Shown here one piece after another: positions 8,601 to 21,459 of a DNA stretch of 64,000 bases. The notes under the pieces were generated by a model that saw only the letters and a program-made list of their open reading frames with translations, did no database searches and was not told the DNA's origin. The position numbers and the translations under genes are program-made. This DNA is from the human T2T-CHM13v2.0 reference genome, Homo sapiens. Position 1 is the stretch's first letter. Each line of letters starts with the position of its first letter. The stretch lies in the NCBI RefSeq assembly GCF_009914755.1, contig NC_060937.1. The stretch is one strand, 5' to 3'.

Positions 8601-11600
8601 TTTTAACTCATTATGTTTCAAGTTTTAACCAGTGTGTTGACTTTATAAGAAGTTTATAATATTAACTTAAACTTTAAAAGGTGGTATGCACTTATACCTT
8701 TAAGGTATTGGGGTTTCACATAATTTTTCCTTTGACGGGGGAGTGTTTTGCTGCTCAACAGAAAAGGTCTGAAGTCTACTGTGTATGCTAGGGTTATTAT
8801 GATATTGTAGGACCATTTAGGAAATGAGGAACTGGCTTCTTTAGCATCAGCAAGACTTAGAACACCTGCATATCTTTGCTTAGGCTATTCTGGCCTGGCC
8901 CTGGGAGAGGGGACCTTGTGGGCCCTGGAGAACCAGCATGACAGATGGCTTATGTGGCTTAGAAGCCACTGAGGTAGAACCTGAACTTGTTCAAGCCATG
9001 AGAGAATAAGGCCAATGAGGAGCCTTCAGGGTTCCCTGGTACTGTGTTAGCAATTCTGCATGGGTAATGGGTCTTGTGATGCTTGGCAAGGCATATAGAG
9101 GGACAGTGCGATCCCAGAAAGGGAGCTGGGACAACAGTGGAGAAGTTGAGGCAAGATGCTCTTTCTTATTTTGCCCCCCTTTGGCGAGGCTATCAGAATT
9201 TAGATTTTCAGGAGGAGAAGTCAACCCACACCCCCAGCCATTCCCTGTGGCAAAAGGGAGGTAGGTCCAAAGCTTTCTTTTTCTTGGTTAATTACTATAG
9301 TTTGCTTGCTTTAAACGTGTGGGATCGTTCTATATTTACAGGAGCCTTGGGTAAGGTTTACTGTCTGTGGTTTTACTTCCCCCTGGAGCAGCACGTTGAC
9401 ATGCGCTAACCCTAAATTACCTTTCTCCCAACCCCCCTAGCTAAAAAAACACACCTACCTTTTAAACAAGCCTCTATTTTGCAGCAGTGTTTCTCAGACT
9501 CTGTTAGTTGTATATTTCATATGCTTTTCTTTCTTTTGATGGTGCCTTAGAAAACACGGTCCCAGAATTTGAGGTTCCTGACTTCAGTACACTAACTAGA
9601 CTTGCCAGGGATGTTTCTAATGGGAATTTGAGATACATGTGAGATGGTGCTTTAGAGCTGATTGAAGCCGATATTGTAAGGCCCTCAAATATCCAGCCTT
9701 ACCACCTGCCAGGGTTCCCCAAATTATCACTGTTCTAGGTCCTTCGAGCCCCTATTAATAGCAGCACCTGATACCCACGCGGGGCAATAATACATGAATA
9801 TGTGATCAGCCAGCAACACATTGCTGTCATTTAATCAGACTAACTGGCTATTACTTTTGCAAGGAATAGAGTTCCAGGGGAGGGAAAAGAACAGGATGTC
9901 CGGCTTTGCCTACCTTGAAATCTGTCTTGCGTGAGATTTTGCCCATTGTATGTTCTTAATAAAACTCTATGGAAAGAAATTTTATTGGTTAAGGGTAAAG
10001 AGAGGTCTAGAGCTTGGGGTACCTCTATGTTGAGAGTTTGTTCTTGGGAGGTTTGTTCTAGGATGCCACTGAAGAGAAAGTTCTCTTAAGAATGTTGCTG
10101 CTCTCTCTCAAGAAGAGGGAGGATCTTGATTCTGTTTATTCTCTGTGATTACCTTTTCTCTCTCAGGAGTGCTATTCTGCACTTTGCTAGGAACTTTAGA
10201 GTTAAATCATTAAAACCACAGGCATTATACACAGAGCACCTAGGTTATTGTTCTTCTTCTAACAAGGAAGAAACAGAGTGACTCTACAGGGTCATGCAGT
10301 TTTCACGTGGCCTCTAGACACCCACTCGACAGTGGCATAGATGCTAGATGCCCACTCGCCAGTGGTGTAGCTTTGGGGCCTTGAGGGCTCTCTTTTCATC
10401 TGTGCCATACACGATGTGTAGATATCATCACAGGGTGCGCCTCAGCTGCAGCAGGTTTGGCTCAAGGATGCTGGCGGTCGGCTTCTTCTTGGTGGTCGAA
10501 GGTTGAACAGTTCAAAACTTGGAGTTGGGTCTGTCCCAGATTGTACACCTCACGGAAAGGGAGTGAAGTCATGGTGTGGCAACGAGCTGGGGCGTGAGCT
10601 AATGTGTATCTGTGTGTGTGTGTGTGTGTGGTGGGCAGGGCGGGGGCGGGCAGGAGGAAGTGAGTGTAGCTGTGCTGCCATGCCTCTGTTTGCGTGTGTT
10701 TCTATATAAATAGATATTGTAACTAGTATTTTTCCTCCTCTTCCTCCCTCACTGTGGGAGTGGCTGTCAGTTTGTCTGTATATTTTCTCAGTTTGGGAAA
10801 AATTCTCACATCAAGAAGGCATTTAGCCTGTGAACCTAAAGGATCAGAGGACAGTCCTGGCAATATTCTGGATCTACGGCTCATTCTCTACAGATTCTCT
10901 CCAGGCCCCATGAGTTATGCTGAGTTTTTCCTGAATCTTTGCTGGATTCCTTTTTTCCCCTGCTAACATCCTCTTTTGTAATGGCCTTTCCATATCTAGA
11001 TTGTTCCTTCTTCCAACATTCAATAGCGTTTGGCCTCCTTGCCTGTGAGGTGAACAAATTGTGGTGTCTTTCTCCCCTGCAGAGGAGTGTACGTGGATGG
11101 AAACTTGCTGGAGAGTAGGGGCAGAAGAGAGCTGAAGTTCAAAGTCAGGGTAGGGCCTGTGGTGCATGCCGGGTGGGTGGAGTGAGCAGTGGTGTGGAAA
11201 GTTGCTCTCCCAGGCCAGCTGCTTGTGGGAGATAGAGAGCGGAGGTGTGGTCCCTGCGATCTGGGCCAGCCAGCCTCTGGGCCCAGGGATGGGGGCGAAG
11301 CTCTCAGGTATCCTTCATAGCCACGGATAATGTGCCAAGGGCCTGGTATTTTCTGGCTCAGAGTCTAGGCATGAGGCCTGCCTCCTCAGGACCCTCTGTG
11401 GTTTTCTTGCCCCTAAATTTTGCCTTATCTTCTCCCCATGAGTTTCTCAGGCTGTATTTGTGGCGATTCTCCTGGTGACTGCATGGTGACAACAGTAAGG
11501 CTTCCTTGCAGGTCTGCAGTGGGTGTGGCCAGCTTCCTGTGTGTAGGGGAAAGGGCTTCCCTTGGGAGAATTGGAGAGCCCACCTTTGGAGGTGGGCTCG

Positions 11601-13183
11601 GTTGAGGGAGCCAGCAGGAGGGCTTCCCGAGTAAGGTTCCACGGAGTCCAAGGGTCCTGAGAAGTAGTAGCAGGAGCACCACAAAGAAGTGTCCCGTGGT
11701 CAGGTACACTGGGGAAATGGGGCTGGTTTTGTTTAACCGCAAGTCTTTTCAGGATGTTGGAAGTGGGCATACCCATGGGAATGAGCAAGGCTGTTTGGTG
11801 TTTCTCAGGTGTACCTGATCACACAGCCCTCGGAGGACCAGCACTCTGAGGAATGTATTTTTGGGGAAGTGTAGGTATCAGGTCCAGGATTTTGGATCTC
11901 AGTCCATGTTCATCCTCAAAGCCCAGTGATGGTGGTCATTTCAGGTGAGCTGGGCTGGACCTCTGAAGGAAGCAAAGATTGTGAGGGTTGCTCTCAAGGG
12001 TCTTCTGGGCATGTTTGGAAAAGTGGACAAGATGGCGGTGTCAGCGAAAAAGAGCAGGGGGCAGGTGGGCCCCTGGGCAGGAGAGGGTGGGGGGAAAGGG
12101 AGCCAGGTGAGGCACCTGAGAAGTTGTGGCAGCCTCTTAGGGACAAAGCTGAATTTCCCTGAGACTAGAAACCTCTTCTTCCGAAAACTCTGATACTTTT
12201 TGTACTGGGCCTATCTCTTGTCACTTAGGCAAATTCCTTTTCAGTTAATGGGACCAAAGAGAGATGTTTTTGCCTCCCACTAAGCTGGAGGTAGTTGGCT
12301 TAAAGTGGAAGAATCCCGAGGAGGCGGGGACCTGGTAAGGCCCCCATCATTCAGCTGCCCTCTCACACCTGAAGAGCCACTTCTCTGCTCCAACTGTGGC
12401 TGGCTTTGTGTTTTGTTTTAACCAGGAAGGCTGTTCCCCGTGACCTCAGGGGCCACATCCTGCTTCTGCTGCCTGCCTTGCCTTTGCACCCTTTGAGTCA
12501 GTGCTGCTCAGCCAGCAGCCCCTTTCTGAGTCACAGCCACACAGCTGGGCCAACCGTGCGTTGGTTTCCTTCCCCTTAGCAGGACTTAGAGAATCTCAGA
12601 ACTTTAGAGCTAGAAGTGCCTTTAAGGATTATTTAGTCCGCCTTCCCATTCTATTGATAAGTAAGCTAGGCCCAGAGATGCCGTCTAGCTCAAAGGCACC
12701 CTAGTACTTAGTAGTTGACTGGATGGTCCCCTTGACTCCCAGTTCAGCCTTGAACTTCTGGGGCCTCATCTTGCTGTGGTTCAAGTCTTTGGAGGTATGA
12801 GAATAGAGGGAGCCATGATGTCACTCCAAGTGTCTAATAGATGAACTTCCAGGAGAAGATGTCTTTATCTTTGACCTTCTGGCTTATCTGAAGAGTACAG
12901 ACTCTTAGGAAAACCTCTCTTAAGTAAAAGAGAGGATTATTAAATTATAGGACAGCAAGAGAGCAAAGATCTCTCTTGAGCAGGGAAAGAGGCTTAAGTC
13001 ATGGGATACTGGATGTTTGTATTTTAGGAGGCTCAGAGGGCAGAAGGGACATATTTCACTTGAGATGATTCCTTTTGCCTAAAATCCTTACCCCCACACT
13101 CCCACCATCAACCAAGCACTGGTCATGATGATCCTATCACCCCCTTCCTGTATTGGGGAAGCAAGGGCCTTTGGTATACTTGA

Positions 13184-13877
<694 letters not shown>

Positions 13878-13941
13878 TAAAGTGCTAAGTCTATAATCTC
13901 ATGAGTACTATTTCTAATGAGTATATTTTCCTTCCTGAAAG

Positions 13942-14049
13942 GTGCAGATTCACTTTATAGGAACAGCTTCAGCTTCAGTGATGAAAAACTGAATTCTCCA
14001 ACAGACTCTACCCCAGCTCTTCTCTCTGCCACTGTCACTCCTCAGAAAG
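13942..14049 (+). CDS. RGCC: RGCC exon 3 ([36 protein letters not shown])
   Basis: Acceptor TTTTCCTTCCTGAAAG|; donor AAG|GTAAGG; 108 nt; includes the TPQK CDK-type site. Confidence 0.97.
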
Positions 14050-15894
14050 GTAAGGTCATTAGTTGGAATTTGAGTTTTTTGCTTTTTTATTCCTCTCTCC
14101 TTCTCAATCCCTTCTCTGTCCCTTTTATCCCTAAACAATCTTTCTCAAATGTACAAAACAAATAGGTAAGACTAATGTCTTAATACTGTAGAGTATACAG
14201 TGGAATTTTTTATTTCTCAGGATTTTAATCAGTGTGAACATGAAATCAGATAATTTGGGGCAGAAAACCTGAAGTCACAGGGAGAAAGAAAATTTGGAGA
14301 CTAGACTGTTCTCTCTCATGTGATGTAATCAAGACTGTGCAAATGACAGTGTTTCTTAGGAGTCTCCTCCCAGACTTGTTGGTTCTAGAATTTAAAACTC
14401 AGCAGTTTGCCTTTGCAGATAGTGGGATTCTTTTTATTGCATTAATTATTTAACCAATGCTTTCAGATGACCAATTTAGCAATTAAATGGGGTTGTCATT
14501 ATTAGATAAGCTATGATCTAACATGATTTAAAATAGCAGCTCCAGCCTGTCTCTACTGTGGTATTAATAGACCTAAAATGTCTTTAAAGATGCATGAGCA
14601 GTTTCTTATTTTTTGGAACTGGTAAAATGTCTCCAGCTAGAGAGTTGAATGTTCTGTTACATTGGACAAGTGCCTTTTTGAAAACAAAAGGAGCTTTTTT
14701 TCTTAAGAAAAGTTATACTTGCTGAAAATAGTTGCAGAATGCAATAAAAATGGAACATAGTTAAAAAGAAATGACAATTCCATCACTCTTTTCACTTTGG
14801 CAATAAGACAGGACTTCACTCTTTTTTCAGAAGAGGCATTTGAAAGTTCCCTTCTCAACATAGCAACGTTAGCACCCACTGGGAATTCTGCCACTATCCA
14901 GCCCTCAGTCTGTAATGAATCGGTTGAATTCAGAGACAGAGCAGTCTAAAAAGTGGCTTAAAACGTGCTCAGATTTGTTACCTGATCCTCAAGAGGTAGG
15001 AATTAAAGAGGGAAAAAAAGCCCCTAGTGGCAAATTGACTTAAAAGGCTAAGAACAATTAGCCATTTGTAGCCAGCAGGTGTTAATTAATAAAACTGTCC
15101 AGTACTGCATTTCAGGGAAGGCATGAATGATGTGATGAACTCTACAAAAATAAAGTCAGCTATATGAAAAAAATCTCTACATCTCAGGCTCTAGAGAGAA
15201 CCAAATCAGAATGAGGACTCGTTTCCTTGTGTGGGCACCTGGAGGGGATGAGGCTGTCCTGGGCCCAGAAGACTCATGGCACCTTCCCTGTACCATTTTG
15301 ATAAGAAACAGTGAACTCTTCATTCATTTCATATTGGAGGAACTCTGAGGGCTGCAGCGTTGCCCTGGGGGGACAGCACAAGCAAGAATGCATCAGAAGG
15401 CTAGTGCCGCAGGAATGACACAATCTAGGTGTCTGCTCTGCACAGTGCTATGCTTACTGAATTTTTTGACTAATAACTCATATTCTACACAATACAAAAA
15501 CCAGACTCCTTTTATCTTCCCTTCCTGCTCCTCACTCTCCTGCAAACATTTAAGACAGTGAAGGAAGATTCCTCTTCTAGGTGAGGGAGAAGTGGGGTGG
15601 GATGTTTGGAGAGGGTGGTGATGAACTAAAAAATAAAGAAACACTTAGGCTAGTCTTCAGAATCAGTTTCTGAGTTTACTGTATCAAAACACTGGAGCAC
15701 ACACTTAGGGTTGGCCCAGGACACTCTTCAATAAAAGTCTCTGAAGATAAGGAGGTAGATGTAAAATAGAAATAATCCATTCTATAACTCTGGAAGTTCC
15801 AACTTCCTGGAAAACTCAATATGGAGTCATCAGCTGTCTTTGTTATGGAAACTGAACTCTCTCTCTCTCTCTCTCTCCCTCTCCTGTTTCACAG

Positions 15895-15957
15895 CTAAAT
15901 TAGGAGACACAAAAGAGCTAGAAGCCTTCATTGCTGATCTTGACAAAACTTTAGCAA
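15895..15957 (+). CDS. RGCC: RGCC exon 4 (AKLGDTKELEAFIADLDKTLA)
   Basis: Acceptor (CT)n..GTTTCACAG|; donor CAA|GTAAGT; 63 nt. Confidence 0.97.
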
Positions 15958-16083
15958 GTAAGTACATGTCTGATATTAAAAACAAAAAAACAAAAAACTA
16001 ACAGACACTTCTGATAAAGTGTTGTAATGTTAACCAGCTTGCCCTGGGGCAGAAAGTTTCATCCTAAGGCTTCTATAGGTTTA

Positions 16084-16525
<442 letters not shown>

Positions 16526-17584
16526 TCACTAGCAAACAATGGCATTTTGTTTGAGAAATGGAGAGCGAGCAAGACTGGAGCATTACCATCATGATGGCCT
16601 GTCAGGCTTTTCAGAGAAGAAATGAACTGATTAACCACAAATGCATTATTCCAACAAGCCAAAAGTCTTCCATCCCATGGGCCAGGGTAATTTTCCCAGG
16701 TTAGATCCAGGGTTTGGGTGAAATTTAACTTTAAGATGTGGGTGCCAAAAGAGAGAATTGGCTTGTGGGGCCTTTCACCAGAGACCCATGCCAGTGACTG
16801 AATGACCTGGATTAGGTATGCATACTTGCAAGCCTCTTATTTGGGAATTACACTAATGGTTACCTGTTTTGTGTGACCAAAAATGTTGAGAACTGAAGAC
16901 ATCAAATTATAACTGCAGTATAGGGGCCCAGAAGAAGGGACCCTCACAATCTATCTACACACTCTATTTCCAAAGGATAAGATTGCAAGAGCCAGGAGGA
17001 CCAACTCCAGCTTCTGGGATGGAAGGTTCAGCAACTCTACTACGGGGGGTCCTGTTTAGTCACAGAGTGGGCTAGGAAAATTTTGTCCCAGCCCCTTAAT
17101 TTTCCAGGGTAAGGGTTGATTTTCTGTGAGAAGTATTTAATGCTATTCTTTGCTAAAGAGCCGGGTAAACTCTGAAAAATTAAATCCAAAGCTGGTTATT
17201 TAAAAATAACTATGTTCTTAACACTCTTGCAGACAAACCTAAATATCAGATAGAAAGTCCTTGTATCATTTCTATTTGAAAATTGAAGATTTTATTGCCT
17301 CTTTTCTTATGTACTGCACCATCTTACATCAGAGGACCAGGGCTTGTTTTGACAGGGATTATTATAATTGCAGCATAATTTGTATTAGACCCATGTAACA
17401 AGCCTGTCTACTTCATGGAAATTGCAGTGGGTTGCCCAGTCATTCCAGTTAATCAGACACTCATCGTGTGGGAAGCCCGGCATTGAGTTTGGTGCTTTGA
17501 TGCACGTCTGAGACAGTGTGATGTGGTTAAGCATAGGAATTGTGAGCCTCTGAGTGGATAACCTTACCTATCTCTCATTTACAG

Positions 17585-17592
17585 GTATGTGA
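17585..17592 (+). CDS. RGCC: RGCC exon 5 coding end (S-M-stop)
   Basis: Acceptor TCTCTCATTTACAG|GTATGTGA; total CDS 49+186+108+63+8 = 414 nt = 137 aa plus stop. Confidence 0.93.
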
Positions 17593-17960
17593 AACAAGAA
17601 GTTCTGGGTCCTTTCATCATAAGGGAGAAGCTTCAGAAAGTTCCGAGGACCTGCTAAAATCAGCTACTAGAATCTGCTGCCAGAGGGGACAAAGACGTGC
17701 ACTCAACCTTCTACCAGGCCACTCTCAGGCTCACCTTAAAATCAGCCCTTGATCCCATTTCTGGGCAATTTAGACAGTGAAACTGACTTTGTTTACCTGC
17801 TTGCAGCATATTAGAACAGACGATCCATGCTAATATTGTATTTTCTCTTAAAACATAGCTTTCCTGTAATTTAAAGTGCTTTTATGAAAATATTTGTAAT
17901 TAATTATATATAGTTGGAAATAGCAGTAAGCTTTCCCATTATAATATATTTTTGTATACA

Positions 17961-17966
17961 AATAAA
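17961..17966 (+). terminator. RGCC: RGCC polyadenylation signal AATAAA
   Basis: AATAAA ~370 nt after the stop codon, after an AU-rich 3'UTR and followed by a U-rich tract at ~17985-18010. Confidence 0.85.
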
Positions 17967-19458
17967 ATTTGAACTGAAGTCTGCTTCCTTTTCTTTTTCT
18001 TTATTTTTTAAAACATATTTCCATTCAAATAATATTCTAGTGGGAGTAACATGCCTCTTGTTTCCTTAGCAAGGCCCCTGGGTGCTGTCTGATTGCACTA
18101 GACAAGAGGACAGTAAACTTAAAGTGTTCCTTTAGCTCATTCAGTGCTCTGGAAGGAAATGCTGGCAGACGGCTGCTGGGAAATTTTAATTTCAGGATTG
18201 TGATTTCATTGGAAGTTAGGTTTCTATTCTGTCTCTGCCCTCCTTCTCATATCTTGGCACCATTGCAGGTGGCATGGACTCTTTCTTTGAATTAAGGGAA
18301 GTACCAGTTCTTACAATCCAGGACTTAAATACGAGGGAAAGTTGAGATAGCTGGAAGACTTGAAAATGATGGTGCTTTTCTAAGATCTGTGTGGAGGAAG
18401 ATTGATGGTGCTGGTTTTCATGGAATGTCCAGCCAACCTCTGGTGTGAAGAGTTTGACGGGTGGGCTTTGCACATAGAAGCCACTGACCACTTCTCCCAC
18501 TTGCCTTTGTGGGGGCTGGAGAGAGGCATAAAAATAAGAAAGCTCATAATTTTCGTATCTATGCTTTTCTGTCTTTAAAACCTCCTCTAAAATAACCAGG
18601 CATTACTTTCATAATCAGAATAAAGTTATTTTAAAACTTGAATCCCTATATTCCTAAAGGACATAAATCCAAAACATAACTACTTATAATTTTACTTGTA
18701 TCTTCAAAAGCTAACTACTATATTTGATCTGTTTTTTAGGGAATCGGGAAACTAAATTGCTTTTCTTTAACTTTTTTCTTTTCCTCAGCTTCCAGGAAAA
18801 CTTTTGGGTTGAACTCAAATATTTTCTTTATTTCTTTTTTAAAAATTGAGATCTAATTCACATACTACAGCACCCAGTTCAGCGGTTTTTAGCATATCCA
18901 CAGGTACTGCAGCCATCACCACTATCTATCTACTTCTCTGTCTCCACGAACGTGTCTATTCTGGATCTTTCATATAACGAATATGTAATCTTTTGTGTCT
19001 GGCTTCTTTCACTTAGCATAGTATTTTCAAAGTTCATCCATGAGTAGCATGAATCAGTACTTCATTTCTTTTCACGGCCAAATCATAATCCACTGTGTGG
19101 ATATGCCACAGTTGTTTATCTGTTCATTGGTTGGTGAAGATTTGGGTTGTTTCCACTTTTTAGCTAACAAATAATATTGTTATGAATACCCATGTATTAG
19201 TTTTTGTGTGGACATATGTTTTCATTTCTCTTGGGTGTATAACTAGGAGTGGAATTCCTGGGTCGTATGTTAATTCTGTTTAACTTTTTGAGAAACTGTC
19301 AAACTTTTCCAAAGCAGTTTGGAAAAATCATTTTACATTCCCACTAGCAATGTATGAGGATTCCAGTTTCTCTAAATCCTTGCCAACTTGTTATTGTCTG
19401 CCTTGTCATTCTAGCAGGTGGGAAGTGGTATCACGTTGTGGTTTTATTTTACATTTCT

Positions 19459-19755
19459 TTTTTTTTTTTTTTTTTGAGATGGAATCTTGCTCTGTCGCCC
19501 AGGATGGGTGCTAGTGGCGCGATCTCGGCTCACTGCAAGCTCTGCCTCCCGGGTTCACGCCATTCTCCTGCTTCAGCCTCCCGAGTAGCTGGACTACAGG
19601 CGCCCGCCACCACGCCCGGCTAATTTTTTGTATTTTTAGTAGAGACAGAGTTTCACCATGTTAGCCAGGATGGTCTCAATCTCCTGGCCTCGTGAGCTGC
19701 CCTCCTCAGCCTCCCAAAATGCTGAGATTACAGGTGTGAGCCACCACGCCCGGCC
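19459..19755 (-). mobile_element. AluY
   Basis: Diagnostic CACTGCAAGCTC..CCGGGTTCACGCCATTCTCC; TSD TATTTT(A/G)CATTTCT. Confidence 0.93.
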
Positions 19756-21459
19756 TATTTTGCATTTCTCTGTGACTAATGATGTCTTTTCATGTGCTTA
19801 CTGGCCATTTGTATATCTTCTTTGGAGAAATGTCTATTCAAATCCTTGGCCCATTTTAAAATTAGGTTGTCTTTTTAACTTTTTTTATTTTTAGTTTTTG
19901 TGGGTACATAGTAGGTGTATGTATTTATGGGGCACATAAATTGTTTTGATATGGGCATGTAATGTGTGATAATCACATCATGGAAAATGGGGTGTCCACT
20001 CCCTCAAGCATTTATCCTGTGTCACAATCCAATTATACCATTTTAGTTATTTTTGAATGTACAGTTAAATTATTATTGACTATAGTCACCCTGTCATGCT
20101 ATCAAATACTAGGCCTTATTCATTCATTCCAACTATACTTTGTGCCCATTAACCATACCTACCCTTCCCAGCCTCTGGTAACCAACCTTCTACTCTATAA
20201 TTCCATGGGTTTAACTGTTGACTTTTGGATCCCACAAATAAGTGAGAACATGCGATGTTTGTCTTTCTGTGCCAGGCTTATTTCACTTAACATAATGACC
20301 TCCAGTTCAATCCATGTTGTTGCAAATGACTAAATCTCATTCTTATGACTAAATAGTACTCCAGTTTGAGTAAGTACCATGTTTTCTTCATCCATGCATC
20401 TGTTGATGGACACTTAGGTTGCTTCCAAATCTTGGCTATTGTGAATAGAGCTGCAACAAATATGGGAGTGCAGATATCTCTTTGATATACTGATTTCCTT
20501 TTTTGGGGGACATATACCCAGCAGTGGGATTGCTGGATCATATGGTAGGCTCTATTTTTAGTTTTCTGTGGAATCTCCAAACTGCTCTTCATAGTGGCTG
20601 TAGTAATTTACATTCCCACCAACAGTGTACAAGGATTCCCTTTTCTCTACATCCTTGCCAACATCTGTCATTGCCTGTCTTTTGGATAAAAGCCATTTTA
20701 ACTGGGGTGGGATGATATCTCGTTGTAGTTTTGATTTGCATTTCTCTAATCAATAACGTAGAGCACCTTTTCATATGTCTGCCATCTGTTTGTGTTCTTT
20801 TGAGAAATGTCTATTCCAATCTTTTGCCCATTTTTAAATCAGATTATTAGATTTTTTTTCCTATAGAGTTGTTTTAGCTCTTTATATATTCTGACTATTA
20901 ATCCATTGTCAGATGGGTAATTTGCAAATATTTTCTCCCATTCTGTGGGTTGTCTCTTCACTTTATTGATTGTTTCATTTGCTGTGCAGAAGCTTTTTAA
21001 CTTGATGTTACCCCATCTAGTCCATTTTTGCTTTAGTTTCCTGTGCTTGTGGGGTATTACTCAAGAAATCTTTGCCCAGACTGATGTCTTGGAGAGTTTC
21101 TCCAATGTTTTCTTTTTGTAGTTTCATAGTTTGAGGTCTTAGATTTAAGTGTTAAATCCATTTTGATTTGATTTTTGTATATAGTGAGAGAAGGAGGTCT
21201 AGTTTCTTTCTTTGCATATGGATATCCAGTTTTCCCAGCATCATTTATTGAAGAGACTGTCCTTTCCCCAGTGTATGTTCTTGCCACCTTTGTTAAAAAT
21301 GAGTTTACTGTAGGCATGTGGATTTGTTTCTAGGTTCTCTGTTCTGTTCCATTGGTCTATGTGTCTGTTGTTATGCCAGGACCATGCTGTTTTGGTTATT
21401 ATAGCTCTGTAGTATAATTTGAAGTCAGGTAATGTGATTCCTCCAGTTTTGTCCTTTTT

